NCBI GenBank assembly: GCA_020137815.1
Contig: CM035351.1
Span: 8,742,001 to 8,806,000 of the forward strand
Source of the DNA: Hormiphora californensis
Lineage: Eukaryota > Animalia > Ctenophora
Length of the DNA stretch: 64,000 nt
Direction: 5' to 3'
A program made the position numbers and the translations under genes. The first letter of the stretch is position 1. Every line of letters starts with the position of its first letter. Under the pieces are notes generated by a model, which searched no databases, was not told where the DNA came from, and was given only the letters and a program-made list of their open reading frames with translations. Of the stretch, positions 16,501-28,325 are shown in pieces.

Positions 16501-17256
16501 TGTAAAAGGAGCAGCAGATCTTGTTTTTACACTCATATCAGTTGAAGACGTCGTAATAAATAGCAGTCCCAATCTCAAACAGTATAGTATGCAAGAAGAA
16601 CATGCTACAAAGTTACCTATTGTATTTCTGTACAGAATCAGTAGTAGGAGCGCAACCATTAGCAGCGAAGAAGGATTTCTGAAAAAGTTATTAACTGGTT
16701 AGAAACATCTCTCTCACAGAGCCTCATGTAATACCAGCTGTTTGTCATATATTGACTGAATGGGGTACAGTGTACACAACTACTGTAATATAGTAACAGT
16801 CTACAACATGAAATGATGAGAAATGAGACCTTTTAGAAATTAGAAGGGATTGTATGAGTTAGGGTCGTCGAACTACATATAAAACATATCGTCATATCAA
16901 CCTACAGCGTTTGCATTTCCCCCAACTTGCATGGCCCTGAGTTGAACCCAGCTCCACTTGTCCAGCTCAGTGCTCCTCACAAAGGTCAGATGGACACCCA
17001 GGTTGCGGTGCTTGCTGGAGCAGTCCAGACAGATGAACACCCCGAACGTGACACTTGACCATGATGGGTTTATCTTACCGCAATCGAAACACGCCTGAAG
17101 AGGGTGGGGGAGGGATAAACTATCAATTTACCGTACCCCAACTTGAAGAAACATGTTTTCATTCAGAATAGTTTATTATGAGTGTACCTTGTTCGCTGGT
17201 AGACACCTCAATTTCTTGAAGACCTGGTCTATCTGATCCTTTGTGGGACTTTCCAT
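13575..17256 (-). CDS. ARFGAP2/3: ADP-ribosylation factor GTPase-activating protein, ArfGAP2/3 (Glo3) type, multi-exon
   Basis: Exons 17256-17188 and 17094-16906 encode [86 protein letters not shown] (C4 zinc finger). Two Glo3 motifs follow ([19 protein letters not shown]). Last exon [16 protein letters not shown]. Some internal boundaries were not checked. Confidence 0.93.
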
Positions 17257-17529
17257 TACACTACTATAAACATGGGGGATGGGAATACTTAGTATGGCAG
17301 GGGTGGGGGTCGTGAGAGTATGAGGGGCATAAATTCGACAAAAGTGTTGGTTGGCAACTTTAAAAAACTAGAATATAACAAATATATCAGTACAAAATGA
17401 TCACAAGATCATGACCTACATTTGTTTAACTCTTGTTTGGGTCTTTGTACTTGTTTGGGTTAAGACATGTGTTTAACTCTTATCATTGTTGAATTCGTGT
17501 TTGGGTCACGGGAGATTGGATTGGTGAGA

Positions 17530-18054
17530 TCATGTTTGAGACGACTCCATTCGTGCTAGAACAGCAGTATTCCGTGATTTATTCCACAATGATAGCGCCG
17601 CAAGTGCAACGTACAACCCAAAGAATATCTTGAAGGCTATTTTTATCTGATCCTTCCTGTAGTCCATAAAGTCCTGAGCACCAATAGCTCGAGTTGCCTT
17701 CTTCGCCTCAGCAGACCCCGGATCAATCAATATCTTCCTAATTTTCTGGTGGGTTGACCCCGACAAGCTATGTCCAACAGGAATGTTCTGGTATCTGCTG
17801 AAGAAATCAGATCGAGCGAGGTTCTGTGCTGCCTCTAGTTCAGCCACTGCAGCCTCATAACTAACACCATTTGAAGCAACACTCTTATCAGCATACTCCC
17901 AGAGATAAGTCCCTACGTCCGGGGTATGGGGCACCTTATCTAATCGCTCCTGGTCAACAGGCCACTTTGCAAGTAGTTCCTGGAATTGTGGAAGTAGGGC
18001 AGAGGCAGTCCGAGGGAGAACGGTCTTTGTTAGATCGGGTACTTTACTTGACAT
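17530..18054 (-). CDS. UQCC2: Complex III assembly factor UQCC2/Cbp6-like protein with an extra C-terminal hydrophobic segment
   Basis: FQELLAKWPVD..DVGTYLWE..AAQNLARSDFFSRY..SLSGSTHQKIRKIL parallels UQCC2 (WPVD..DLGAYLR..LARLHSNYY..SFSG). Start placed at M9 (18054), just after the acceptor ttcttaacag. Confidence 0.72.
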   Translation of the reverse strand: MSSKVPDLTKTVLPRTASALLPQFQELLAKWPVDQERLDKVPHTPDVGTYLWEYADKSVASNGVSYEAAVAELEAAQNLARSDFFSRYQNIPVGHSLSGSTHQKIRKILIDPGSAEAKKATRAIGAQDFMDYRKDQIKIAFKIFFGLYVALAALSLWNKSRNTAVLARMESSQT

Positions 18055-18379
18055 ATCTTCCTTCCTGTTAAGAATCATACAAAGTTGAGTGCTTGGTCTC
18101 CAGCAGTTAACAACTCACCGCACAATATGCGGTGCTAATTACCCAAATTTCTACACTAAAGGAAAGTACAAAAAACCTGACTGCGTACCCAGAGGCTAGA
18201 ATACAGATTATAACACCAATTGGCATCACTTTTAAACAGCTGATGAGAATCATGGTAGGCCGGGATTTTTTAGTTTTTAAATAATAAATATTTTGAAAAG
18301 TCAGGAGACCTGAAGATTACAATAAATTACAATAACTTACCCACACACGCCCATACTCTCACACACATCATACTCTCTC

Positions 18380-21300
18380 CCCTAGTAAAGGTCACGCGCC
18401 CATTTCTGGTGAAAATGGGCCCATTTACGTCCATTAATGGGCCCATTAACAACAAAATGGGCCCATTTTTGCTGAATGCGCCCATAAATGGGCCCATTTT
18501 CGCCGACATTTAGAACGCGCAAATGTAAAGCCGCGCATTTTGGCCAACTTGTCGTCCAAAGCTGAGCCTGAAAGTCGCGTTGGATGCACGGCAACGGTTA
18601 CCACAATGCGAGGAACCTTCTGTGAAACATCTCACCTTCCCTTTCTAGCCTTTTCGCCAATTGCTACCCCCTTTCCCGTGCTGTAATCCTTCTGTGAAAC
18701 ATCTCAGTGAGATGTCATCTCACCTTCCTTTTCTAGCCCTATCGCCAATTGCTACCCTCTTTCCCGTGCTGTAAACCTTTTATAAAACATCTAACTTTCC
18801 CTTTCTAGCCCTCTCGCCAATTGCTACCCCCTTTCCCGTGCTGTAAACCTTCTATAAAACATCTCACCTTCCCTTTCTAGCAATATCGCCAATTGCTACT
18901 CCCTTTCCCGTGCTGTAAACCTTCTATAAAACATCTCACCTTCCCTTTCTAACCCTATCGCCAATTGCTACCCCCTATCCCGTGCTGTAAACCTTCTATA
19001 AAACATCTCACCTTCCCTTTCTAGCCCTATCGCCAATTGCTACCCCCTTTCCCGTGCTGTAAACCTTCTATAAAACATCTCACCTTCCCTTTCTAGCAAT
19101 ATCGCCAATTGCTACTCCCTTTCCCGTGCTGTAAACCTTCTATAAAACATCTAACTTTCCCTTTCTAGCCCTATCGCCAATTGCTACCCCCTTTCCCGTG
19201 CTGTAAACCTTCTATAAAACATCTCACCTTCCCTTTCTAGCCCTATCGCCAATTGTTACCCCCTTTCCCGTGCTGTAAACCTTTTGTGAAACATCTCACC
19301 TTCCCTTTCTAGCCCTATCGCCAATTGCTACCCCCTTTCCCGTGCTGTAGACCTTTTATAAAACATCTCACCTTCCCTTTCTAGCCCTATCGCCAATTGC
19401 TACCCCCTTTCCCGTGCTGTAAACCTTCTATAAAACATCTCACCTTCCCTTTCTAGCAATATCGCCAATTGCTACCCCCTTTCATCTCTCCTTCCGGGTA
19501 GCAATTGGCGATAGGGCTAGAAAGGGAAGGTGAGATGTTTTATAGAAGGTTTACAGCACGGGAAAGGGGGTAGCAATTGGCGATAGGGCTAGAAAGGGAA
19601 GGTGAGATGTTTTATAGAAGGTTTACAGCACGGGAAAGGGGGTAGCAATTGGCGATAGGGCTAGAAAGGGAAGGCCAACTTGTCGTCCAAAGCTGAGCCT
19701 GAAAGTCGCGTTGGATGCACGGCAACGGTTACCACAATGCGAGGAACCTTCTGTGAAACATCTCACCTTCCCTTTCTAGCCTTTTCGCCAATTGCTACCC
19801 CCTTTCCCGTGCTGTAATCCTTCTGTGAAACATCTCAGTGAGATGTCATCTCACCTTCCTTTTCTAGCCCTATCGCCAATTGCTACCCTCTTTCCCGTGC
19901 TGTAAACCTTTTATAAAACATCTAACTTTCCCTTTCTAGCCCTCTCGCCAATTGCTACCCCCTTTCCCGTGCTGTAAACCTTCTATAAAACATCTCACCT
20001 TCCCTTTCTAGCAATATCGCCAATTGCTACTCCCTTTCCCGTGCTGTAAACCTTCTATAAAACATCTCACCTTCCCTTTCTAACCCTATCGCCAATTGCT
20101 ACCCCCTTTCCCGTGCTGTAAACCTTCTATAAAACATCTCACCTTCCCTTTCTAACCCTATCGCCAATTGCTACCCCCTATCCCGTGCTGTAAACCTTCT
20201 ATAAAACATCTCACCTTCCCTTTCTAGCCCTATCGCCAATTGCTACCCCCTTTCCCGTGCTGTAAACCTTCTATAAAACATCTCACCTTCCCTTTCTAGC
20301 CTTTTCGCCAATTGCTACCCCCTTTCCCGTGCTGTAATCCTTCTGTGAAACATCTCAGTGAGATGTCATCTCACCTTCCTTTTCTAGCCCTATCGCCAAT
20401 TGCTACCCTCTTTCCCGTGCTGTAAACCTTTTATAAAACATCTAACTTTCCCTTTCTAGCCCTCTCGCCAATTGCTACCCCCTTTCCCGTGCTGTAAACC
20501 TTCTATAAAACATCTCACCTTCCCTTTCTAGCAATATCGCCAATTGCTACTCCCTTTCCCGTGCTGTAAACCTTCTATAAAACATCTCACCTTCCCTTTC
20601 TAACCCTATCGCCAATTGCTACCCCCTATCCCGTGCTGTAAACCTTCTATAAAACATCTCACCTTCCCTTTCTAGCCCTATCGCCAATTGCTACCCCCTT
20701 TCCCGTGCTGTAAACCTTCTATAAAACATCTCACCTTCCCTTTCTAGCAATATCGCCAATTGCTACTCCCTTTCCCGTGCTGTAAACCTTCTATAAAACA
20801 TCTAACTTTCCCTTTCTAGCCCTATCGCCAATTGCTACCCCCTTTCCCGTGCTGTAAACCTTCTATAAAACATCTCACCTTCCCTTTCTAGCCCTATCGC
20901 CAATTGTTACCCCCTTTCCCGTGCTGTAAACCTTTTGTGAAACATCTCACCTTCCCTTTCTAGCCCTATCGCCAATTGCTACCCCCTTTCCCGTGCTGTA
21001 GACCTTTTATAAAACATCTCACCTTCCCTTTCTAGCCCTATCGCCAATTGCTACCCCCTTTCCCGTGCTGTAAACCTTCTATAAAACATCTCACCTTCCC
21101 TTTCTAGCAATATCGCCAATTGCTACCCCCTTTCATCTCTCCTTCCGGGTAGCAATTGGCGATAGGGCTAGAAAGGGAAGGTGAGATGTTTTATAGAAGG
21201 TTTACAGCACGGGAAAGGGGGTAGCAATTGGCGATAGGGCTAGAAAGGGAAGGTGAGATGTTTTATAGAAGGTTTACAGCACGGGAAAGGGGGTAGCAAT

Positions 21301-23176
21301 TGGCGATAGGGCTAGAAAGGGAAGGTGAGATGTTTTATAGAAGGTTTACAGCACGGGAAAGGGAGTAGCAATTGGCGATAGGGCTAGAAAGGGAAGGTGA
21401 GATGTTTCACAGAAGGTTTACAGCACGGGAAAGGGGGTAGCAATTGGCGATAGGGCTAGAAAGGGAAGGTGAGATGTTTTATAGAAGGTTTACAGCACGG
21501 GAAAGGGAGTAGCAATTGGCGATAGGGCTAGAAAGGGAAGGTGAGATGTTTTATAGAAGGTTTACAGCACGGGAAATGGGGTAGCAATTGGCGATAGGGC
21601 TAGAAAGGGAAGGTGAGATGTTTTATAGAAGGTTTACAGCACGGGAAAGGGGGTAGCAATTGGCGATAGGGCTAGAAAGGGAAGGTGAGATGTTTCACAG
21701 AAGGTTTACAGCACGGGAAAGGGGGTAGCAATTGGCGATAGGGCTAGAAAGGGAAGGTGAGATGTTTTACAGAAGGTTTACAGCACGGGAAAGGGGGTAG
21801 CAATTGGCGATAGGGCTAGAAAGGGAAGGTGAGATGTTTTATAGAAGGTTTACAGCACGGGAAAGGGAGTAGCAATTGGCGATAGGGCTAGAAAGGGAAG
21901 GTGAGATGTTTTATAGAAGGTTTACAGCACGGGAAAGGGGGTAGCAATTGGCGATAGGGCTAGAAAGGGAAGGTGAGATGTTTTATAGAAGGTTTACAGC
22001 ACGGGAAAGGGAGTAGCAATTGGCGAGAGGGCTAGAAAGGGAAGGTGAGATGTTTTATAGAAGGTTTACAGCACGGGAAAGGGGGTAGCAATTGGCGATA
22101 GGGCTAGAAAGGGAAGGTGAGATGTTTTATAGAAGGTTTACAGCACGGGAAAGGGGGTAGCAATTTTTTACACACTGATGTCAATATTTTCACGGGCTAT
22201 TTTGTTTATATAATGCTATTGCCCACGTTAGAAATTCCCTGCTCATTTATTCTTTCTGTTCCTGATTGGGATGGAACGGTTTGAGTTTGGAAATATTCTT
22301 CACTTTCTCCCCGTCCCCCTCCCCCTGTTCTCACCCCCCGGCCCCTCTCACATCATACCGCAACACCCCAACTCACCAGTCACCACCCTATCACATCTCC
22401 ACCCTGACACCCAATCACACCATGCCACTCACTCCATCACTCACTCCGCTGATGAAGATTACCCCAGTGTAATTGAAAGCTACGGTCAATTTGTTGTCCA
22501 AGTACCAAAATATTTCGTGTTTACCTTGTCTAACATAGAGGTGGGGCTTATAATCACCTTATATTTTATAATGACCTTCCTGATTTTGAAAGGACCTGAC
22601 CATCTAGCAGAGAATTTGTGTTTGGGGTTTCACTGCATCTTGCATGACTGTACCTCATGATCTATACCTTATGATCCGCCGGAGATCCCCGAGTTCACTG
22701 TAAACTGTGTCTACTGTACTGTAACAGTGTACAATGTACAAATCCCCTATTCAATGTACAGTGTACACTGTACATTGAATAGGGGATTTGTACAGTAGAC
22801 TCAGAGCCTTTATAAACGAGACAAAATCTCGTATGAGGCAGTTATAACTGGCAGTTATAACTGCCTCCTATAATTATAGTAGGTGGATACTCGTCTAGAT
22901 GCGTCTAGATGCAATGCTGGGAATGTAGAGAAAGATGGAATCGATTCTCATGAATATGATCGATCATTTACATAGCGCAGGGCATCGTCGTATACGTGGG
23001 GCGCGGAAACAGCTGTCTTGACTCTTGTGCGCGCGAAATACAGCCATGGCCAGCGAAAATAGGCCCATTAATGGGCCTATCCAGTAAAAATGGGCCCATT
23101 TTGTTGTTAATGGGCCCATTAATGGACGTAAATGGGCCCATTTTCACCAGAAATGGACGCGCGACCTTTACTAGGG
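18380..23176. mobile_element. Non-autonomous CMC (CACTA/EnSpm-like) DNA transposon, ~4.8 kb
   Basis: Terminal inverted repeats CCCTAGTAAAGGTC(A/G)CGCG...CGCGCGACCTTTACTAGGG of about 90-120 bp. Repeated palindromic AATGGGCCCATT subterminal motifs and a 2-bp TC duplication on both sides. Confidence 0.8.
18616..22163. repeat. 72-bp satellite arrays in alternating orientation
   Basis: Unit CCAATTGCTACCCCCTTTCCCGTGCTGTAAACCTTCTATAAAACATCTCACCTTCCCTTTCTAGCCCTATCG. Forward ~18616-19483, reverse ~19496-19673, forward ~19746-21134, reverse ~21147-22163. Confidence 0.97.
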
Positions 23177-23630
23177 TCGCTTTGAACTCAAAGCTTTGAA
23201 CTCAAAGCTGAACCGCTATACCGCTTTATAGCATACATTGGTAACATAACACTAATAAAAGAAAAAACTTTACGGCTATCTTCCTGCTTTCGAAAGGGGT
23301 TTACTCTACTAGATCAATAGATTAGAGTTCAGAACTAGTTTCTATGAAAGTTCAAGCGTCCCTTGGTGCTTCTAAAGTCCGTTTCAAGCGACTTTTTCCC
23401 GTTCGGAGTGTCAGCACCGTGACGTGCGCGTGGTCACGTGATGCAGAGTTACACACGGTCGCGAACACAGCTTTCCCAGCGAGCGAGAGAGAATTTGAGA
23501 AAAGGTAAAACTCCTCCGATTTTCAAAATTCCGGTTGCGTTAGATTCGGGAGACAATTCTGAACAAGGTAAAGAATTCGTGGGAATTAATGTTTAAAGAA
23601 TTGTTGATTTAACCACTCTCTTTCCACGGA

Positions 23631-23984
23631 TTATACATTTTTTCCAGGGGACCGCTTTATTTTCTCCCTCAGTTCAACTACCAGCTGCTTCCGCTCTTTC
23701 CGTTCTTCCTCAGTTCTATCGGGAGAAATAAAAACTTTGTCGAACGTATCAGTCCCTTTAAGCAGGGATTTCTTTGACAGGATCGACATTTGAGTGTCTC
23801 TGCTCCTCAGCACAACTTTCACAGGTCTTGCAAATGAGGCCTGCTTTCTCAAGCGCTCGACAGATTTCATTCTCGGAGCCTCTTCAAGCTCAGTAAAAAG
23901 AGACTTTAGTTGAGTTTCAAACTCAGCACTGTCTTCCAGGCCATGGATGATGATGTTACACCCACGGTCCTCAGATGCAGCCAC
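23631..23984 (-). pseudogene. Fragment of non-LTR retrotransposon ORF1 (CR1/L2-type)
   Basis: NIIIHGLED..RPVKVVL..VFISPDRTEEERKERKQLVVELREK is the typical C-terminal pattern of invertebrate LINE ORF1 proteins. No adjacent ORF2. Confidence 0.7.
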
Positions 23985-24570
23985 AATAGTAAATGTAAAT
24001 TATGCACTTAATATCCCACTCAATAGTGAATATATACCCAGAAAAATGGTGCCAACGCACTCTCTAAAGTATCACTCTCTAAAGTATCACTTTCTCAAGC
24101 CGACTGTATCTTCTTTGGAGCCAGGGCAGTAGCACATTTTTCTCCAAAACAGAAGGAAAACTCTTCAATTCTTGCTGCGCCGTTGACATTCCTTGTGACT
24201 TATTACTTCATAAATAACTTCAATGAAAATGGCCGCCCGCTCCAAAATCTAAAATCTTCCCCCTTATGGCCTATTCCCTACTTGATACTTCTCCAGCAAA
24301 ACCTCCCGATGTGAAGACTGGAGAACACCAGAGGCGTGAAGGGACCCTGCTCCACTTCTTACACACTTTTTTGGCAAACGCTGACGGCTGATGGCGCGGG
24401 ATAAGGCAGGCAGCGCTTTTCAACACACTTTTTTTCAGTTTTTTAATTTTCAAAAAGTGAAATGACTTGATCTTTTGTCTGATCTTTTTGCGCGGCTCAC
24501 CATTGCAGCGGTAAAATGAGATTTATCGCGTGTTACGTTAAATTTTGCGCACCAGTCAAAGCAAGACACT

Positions 24571-24954
24571 AAGGAACCATAATAAAGTTCAAGAGCGCAC
24601 CCCATCCAAGAGCGTACCACCTCCAAAAGACACCACTCCAAGAGCGCACCACATCAAAGAGAGCTCCCCATCCAGAAGATACCGCGCGCAGGGGACACCA
24701 CGCGCAGAAGAGACCGCACGCGCAAATACAACGCCGCGCTGGTCTCTTCTGCGCGTGGTGTCCCCTGCGCGTGGTATCTTCTGGATGGGGAGCTCTCTTT
24801 GATGTGGTGCGCTCTTGAAGTGGTGTCTTCTGGAGGTGGTGCGCTCTTGGATGTGGTCTCTTTTGGGTATGGTGCGCTCTCAGGTGTGGTCTCTCTTCGA
24901 TAGGGTGCGCTCTTGGGTGCTCTTGGAGGCTCTTGAACTTTATTATGGTTCCTT
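24571..24954. mobile_element. Small foldback/MITE-like element
   Basis: AAGGAACCATAATAAAGTTCAAGAGC...GCTCTTGAACTTTATTATGGTTCCTT termini with mirrored AAGAGCGCACC sub-repeats. No clear TSD. Confidence 0.7.
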
Positions 24955-25340
24955 CTTTAAAAAAGACAAATAAAAAGTTCAAAAAATCTCTCTTTTCTTT
25001 TTTGAAAAAAGACCCTTTTTTCAGAAATCTTGTCTCTTGGAAGTTGGAATGTGCTGGACAGTAAACTCAAAAGCCTCCTCATCCTCGTAAGAGGGGCCTG
25101 TAGCATATGCCAATCAAACGCACATAAAAATTTAAAAAAGAAGATTGAAGAATTGACCCGTAAAAAGTTCAGAGGACTCAAGTTCAAGTTCAAGTTCAAG
25201 TTCAATTATATTTTTACACAATACATAAAACGTGATGAAATTCCCATCGCGTGGGTCCTCCTTGTCAAATTGTTTATTTACAGTCCCTTACTTAACATAA
25301 AAACATAAACAGCATGAGCAGCAAAACAAAATTTACAGCC

Positions 25341-28325
25341 TCACACAACGTTCTTTCTTCCTGCATCTCTGAAATCATTTGGGACCGTCGTGTAGCCACG
25401 CACCGGTGGTCTGTCATGGAATTGCTTCATGAATGCACCCAAGTTAGCCTTTAACCCAGGAAGGGTGCCTGAAAGAGTAACCTCTCGAGGGAGTCTGTTC
25501 CATAGTTGAGGTGCCCTGAAGCTGAACGAGTTGTACAACTGACCTGCCCATTTGGAATCTGCCCAGTAAGGGTATTTCTGTGTCTTTGCCTGGACTCCTA
25601 ACCGGCCAATCTGGAACTCCATTTGCACACAGTTGGGTACTAGCCCGTGATAGATTTTCCAAACGTGTATCATCTCATATCGTTGACGTCTTCTCTGGAG
25701 GGACATGAGATCCAGCGCCTCTAGACGCTGCCAATAGTCCAGCTCCTTCATCCCTTGGATCTTCCGGGTAAATGCCCGTTGGACGTTCTCTACTGCCTGG
25801 ATGTCAGCGATTCTCGTTGGACACCACACCAAACAGCAGTATTCCAAAATCGGTCGAACCAACGCCTTATATAGGGTTAGAAGTACCTCACGGGATCTAC
25901 TCCTGAATGCACAGAATATCCATCCTGCCATCATGTTAGCTCTCCTCACAATATCACCAATGTGATGAGTCCACGTACCATCCGCCGATAGCCAAACGCC
26001 CAAGTCTTTCACATGCTGCTCTGGCTCCACCACAGTTCCTCCCGAAGTAACATAGGATAAGGTTTCTGCAGCGAAAGGCAGCTCTCTCAGGAGTTTAGAT
26101 CTGCCTAGCGAGTAGTTTACCAGTTGAAATTTTTCCTCATGAAGTCTCATATTATTAGTCAGAGACCACTGACTCACATTTCCCAAGTCCTTCTGGAGTT
26201 CTGCCTGGTCTAGCAATGTCCGTATTACCTGTATGAGCTTCGTGTCGTCTGCAAACGACAAAGCGTCAGCACTTGACAAAGACTCCTTCAAGTCGATTAC
26301 GTAAAAGATGAACAAAATAGGGCCCAGCACGCTTCCCTGGATCACACTACTTAGGACCCACTCCCACCGCGACTGCTCCCCATCCACTAGCACTGCCTGC
26401 TTCCTATTTGTTAGGAATTCCTTGATCCAGGCAAGTAGCTTTCCTCGTACACCATATTTTTGTAGTTTTCTCAGTAGGACCCCAGTATCAACACGGTCAA
26501 ACGCTTTCTGGAAGTCCAGATATAGCACATCAACTTCGTTGTTATCCGTTAGATGTTTGAGAACCCTGTCAATGTGTGCAAGCAGATGAGTCATTGTACT
26601 TCTCCCTTTTCTGAACCCATGTTGACGGTTACAATGTAGTTCTGCCCTCTCAAGGAACTCAGTCAGATGATTCCTGATAATTCTCTCAAAGGTTTTCGAA
26701 AGATGAGACGTCAGTGATACTGGTCTATAGTTCCCTGGTGCTGAACGATCACCTTTCTTGAAAATGGGGCAGATGAACTGCTCCTTCATAACGGGTGGTA
26801 TTTTACCAGATTCAAACGAGGACTGCCATATAATCCAGATGGGATAGGACAAGGTTCGACGGCAGTTCTTCAAGACTATGGACGGTATGTCACCAGGAGG
26901 GGCCGCTGAATTCGGTTTCAGTTCCTTTAGTGCCTGTTCAATGTCCGCCTTCGTGAAACTGATGTCGCTTATTTCCGCTTCATTTTCCTCAATGTTCTCC
27001 ACTGCCTTTTCAGGGTCCACGTCCAGTGGGTTGCTAAACACCCTAACATACTGACTCTGTAGGAGTTCTGCTTTCTCCTTCGAGTTCGTAGTGAGCGAAC
27101 CATCCTGCCTCTGGAGTGGAGCCACCGCTGATTTGACCTTGGATAGAGATTTAGCATGACTGTAGAAGAATTTAGGGTTCACTTTGATTGCGGAAGCAGC
27201 TCGTACTTCATCCCCCTGCTCCTTTTCTTTTACATGAGCTTTGACGGCGAGCGTTATTTTCCCGGCCATCTCCTCAATTTTGAGCTTCGTCGTGCCTTTT
27301 GCGTCTACCATTCTCTTGTTCAACTTTCTTCTCCTGCTACGAAGGTGCCGGAGTGTTTTGTCCTTCCGTTTACTTTTCCAGCGTTTCAGCTCAGTGAAGA
27401 TCTTACAGACCTGGAGGACCGTAAGTCTCACTACCTCTAAAAAGCTACCATCGGGGTCTTCCATTTCTGTACACAGTAGTTGAAGCTGATCCCAGTCCAC
27501 CTCGTCAAAGGCAGAGTTTAGCCTATCAAAGTCAGCTTTTAAGAGATTAAGTTCCGCAAAGTCTGACATAACACGATCGTCCCTGGGGGGCTTCGCCGTG
27601 CAATTGTAGGTCAGGGTACATGTAACCATCTCATGATCAGAAATCCCGAGGTCCTCACCCCTAGTTGAAAGGACATAATCGGGACGGTTGGTTAGCACCA
27701 GATCTAAGACGTTCTCTCCTCTAGTAGGAAAATTGACCATTTGGCTGAGAGAATTATCGTCTACCAAGTTACCCATAATATTGTACAAGGGATGGTCAAT
27801 AGTTTCATACAACCCTCCTCTCCATTTCAGGAGTGGGAGATTAAAATCACCCATCAACCACAGGTCCGGAACTGTTTTTTCCCGGCTATGAGTATCAATA
27901 AACGTCTGCAGTTTTTTCACCAGTCTCTGAAAAGCTGTTGCATCTGTACCAGCTCGATATATAACTGCCACTATTGAGTGGGTGTTGCCCATGTAGACGG
28001 CTGCCAGGTTGTTACTTGTGTCCGAATACTCCACTTGATCTGATATAGCGAGGCTAGAGTGGACATACAGGGCACATCCTCCTCCTATCCTGCCCTGCCT
28101 ATCGCATCTCACCAGGTTATATCCGGAAATCTTCAGCTGGGCCTCCGCCATATACCCTCTCCACCAGGTTTCCGTTATGCCCAGGAAAGCCACAGGAGTG
28201 GTCTCGTCGTCCACCATGTCTCGTACCACCTCAAGTTTCCAGGTAGTCTCCGCGGATGGACAAAAACTCCTGGCATTTAGGAGGTGAAACTTTGAAGTAT
28301 GGGGTGTATTCCTGCTGTTCCCCAA
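25341..28325 (-). CDS. LINE ORF2: APE endonuclease + reverse transcriptase
   Basis: LNARS, GITETW, GDFNLP, LDLVLTN, SDH (endonuclease); NYRPVSLTS, QHGFRKGRS, LDFQKAFD, QGSVLGP, FADD, KDLGV (RT). The ORF-track start at 28325 is TTG, not ATG. Confidence 0.96.
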   Translation of the reverse strand: MGNSRNTPHTSKFHLLNARSFCPSAETTWKLEVVRDMVDDETTPVAFLGITETWWRGYMAEAQLKISGYNLVRCDRQGRIGGGCALYVHSSLAISDQVEYSDTSNNLAAVYMGNTHSIVAVIYRAGTDATAFQRLVKKLQTFIDTHSREKTVPDLWLMGDFNLPLLKWRGGLYETIDHPLYNIMGNLVDDNSLSQMVNFPTRGENVLDLVLTNRPDYVLSTRGEDLGISDHEMVTCTLTYNCTAKPPRDDRVMSDFAELNLLKADFDRLNSAFDEVDWDQLQLLCTEMEDPDGSFLEVVRLTVLQVCKIFTELKRWKSKRKDKTLRHLRSRRRKLNKRMVDAKGTTKLKIEEMAGKITLAVKAHVKEKEQGDEVRAASAIKVNPKFFYSHAKSLSKVKSAVAPLQRQDGSLTTNSKEKAELLQSQYVRVFSNPLDVDPEKAVENIEENEAEISDISFTKADIEQALKELKPNSAAPPGDIPSIVLKNCRRTLSYPIWIIWQSSFESGKIPPVMKEQFICPIFKKGDRSAPGNYRPVSLTSHLSKTFERIIRNHLTEFLERAELHCNRQHGFRKGRSTMTHLLAHIDRVLKHLTDNNEVDVLYLDFQKAFDRVDTGVLLRKLQKYGVRGKLLAWIKEFLTNRKQAVLVDGEQSRWEWVLSSVIQGSVLGPILFIFYVIDLKESLSSADALSFADDTKLIQVIRTLLDQAELQKDLGNVSQWSLTNNMRLHEEKFQLVNYSLGRSKLLRELPFAAETLSYVTSGGTVVEPEQHVKDLGVWLSADGTWTHHIGDIVRRANMMAGWIFCAFRSRSREVLLTLYKALVRPILEYCCLVWCPTRIADIQAVENVQRAFTRKIQGMKELDYWQRLEALDLMSLQRRRQRYEMIHVWKIYHGLVPNCVQMEFQIGRLGVQAKTQKYPYWADSKWAGQLYNSFSFRAPQLWNRLPREVTLSGTLPGLKANLGAFMKQFHDRPPVRGYTTVPNDFRDAGRKNVV

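Noticed and set aside
18616-22163. CRISPR-like regular repeat array
   Set aside because: Units are contiguous with no unique spacers, there are no cas genes, and the context is eukaryotic. It is a satellite.
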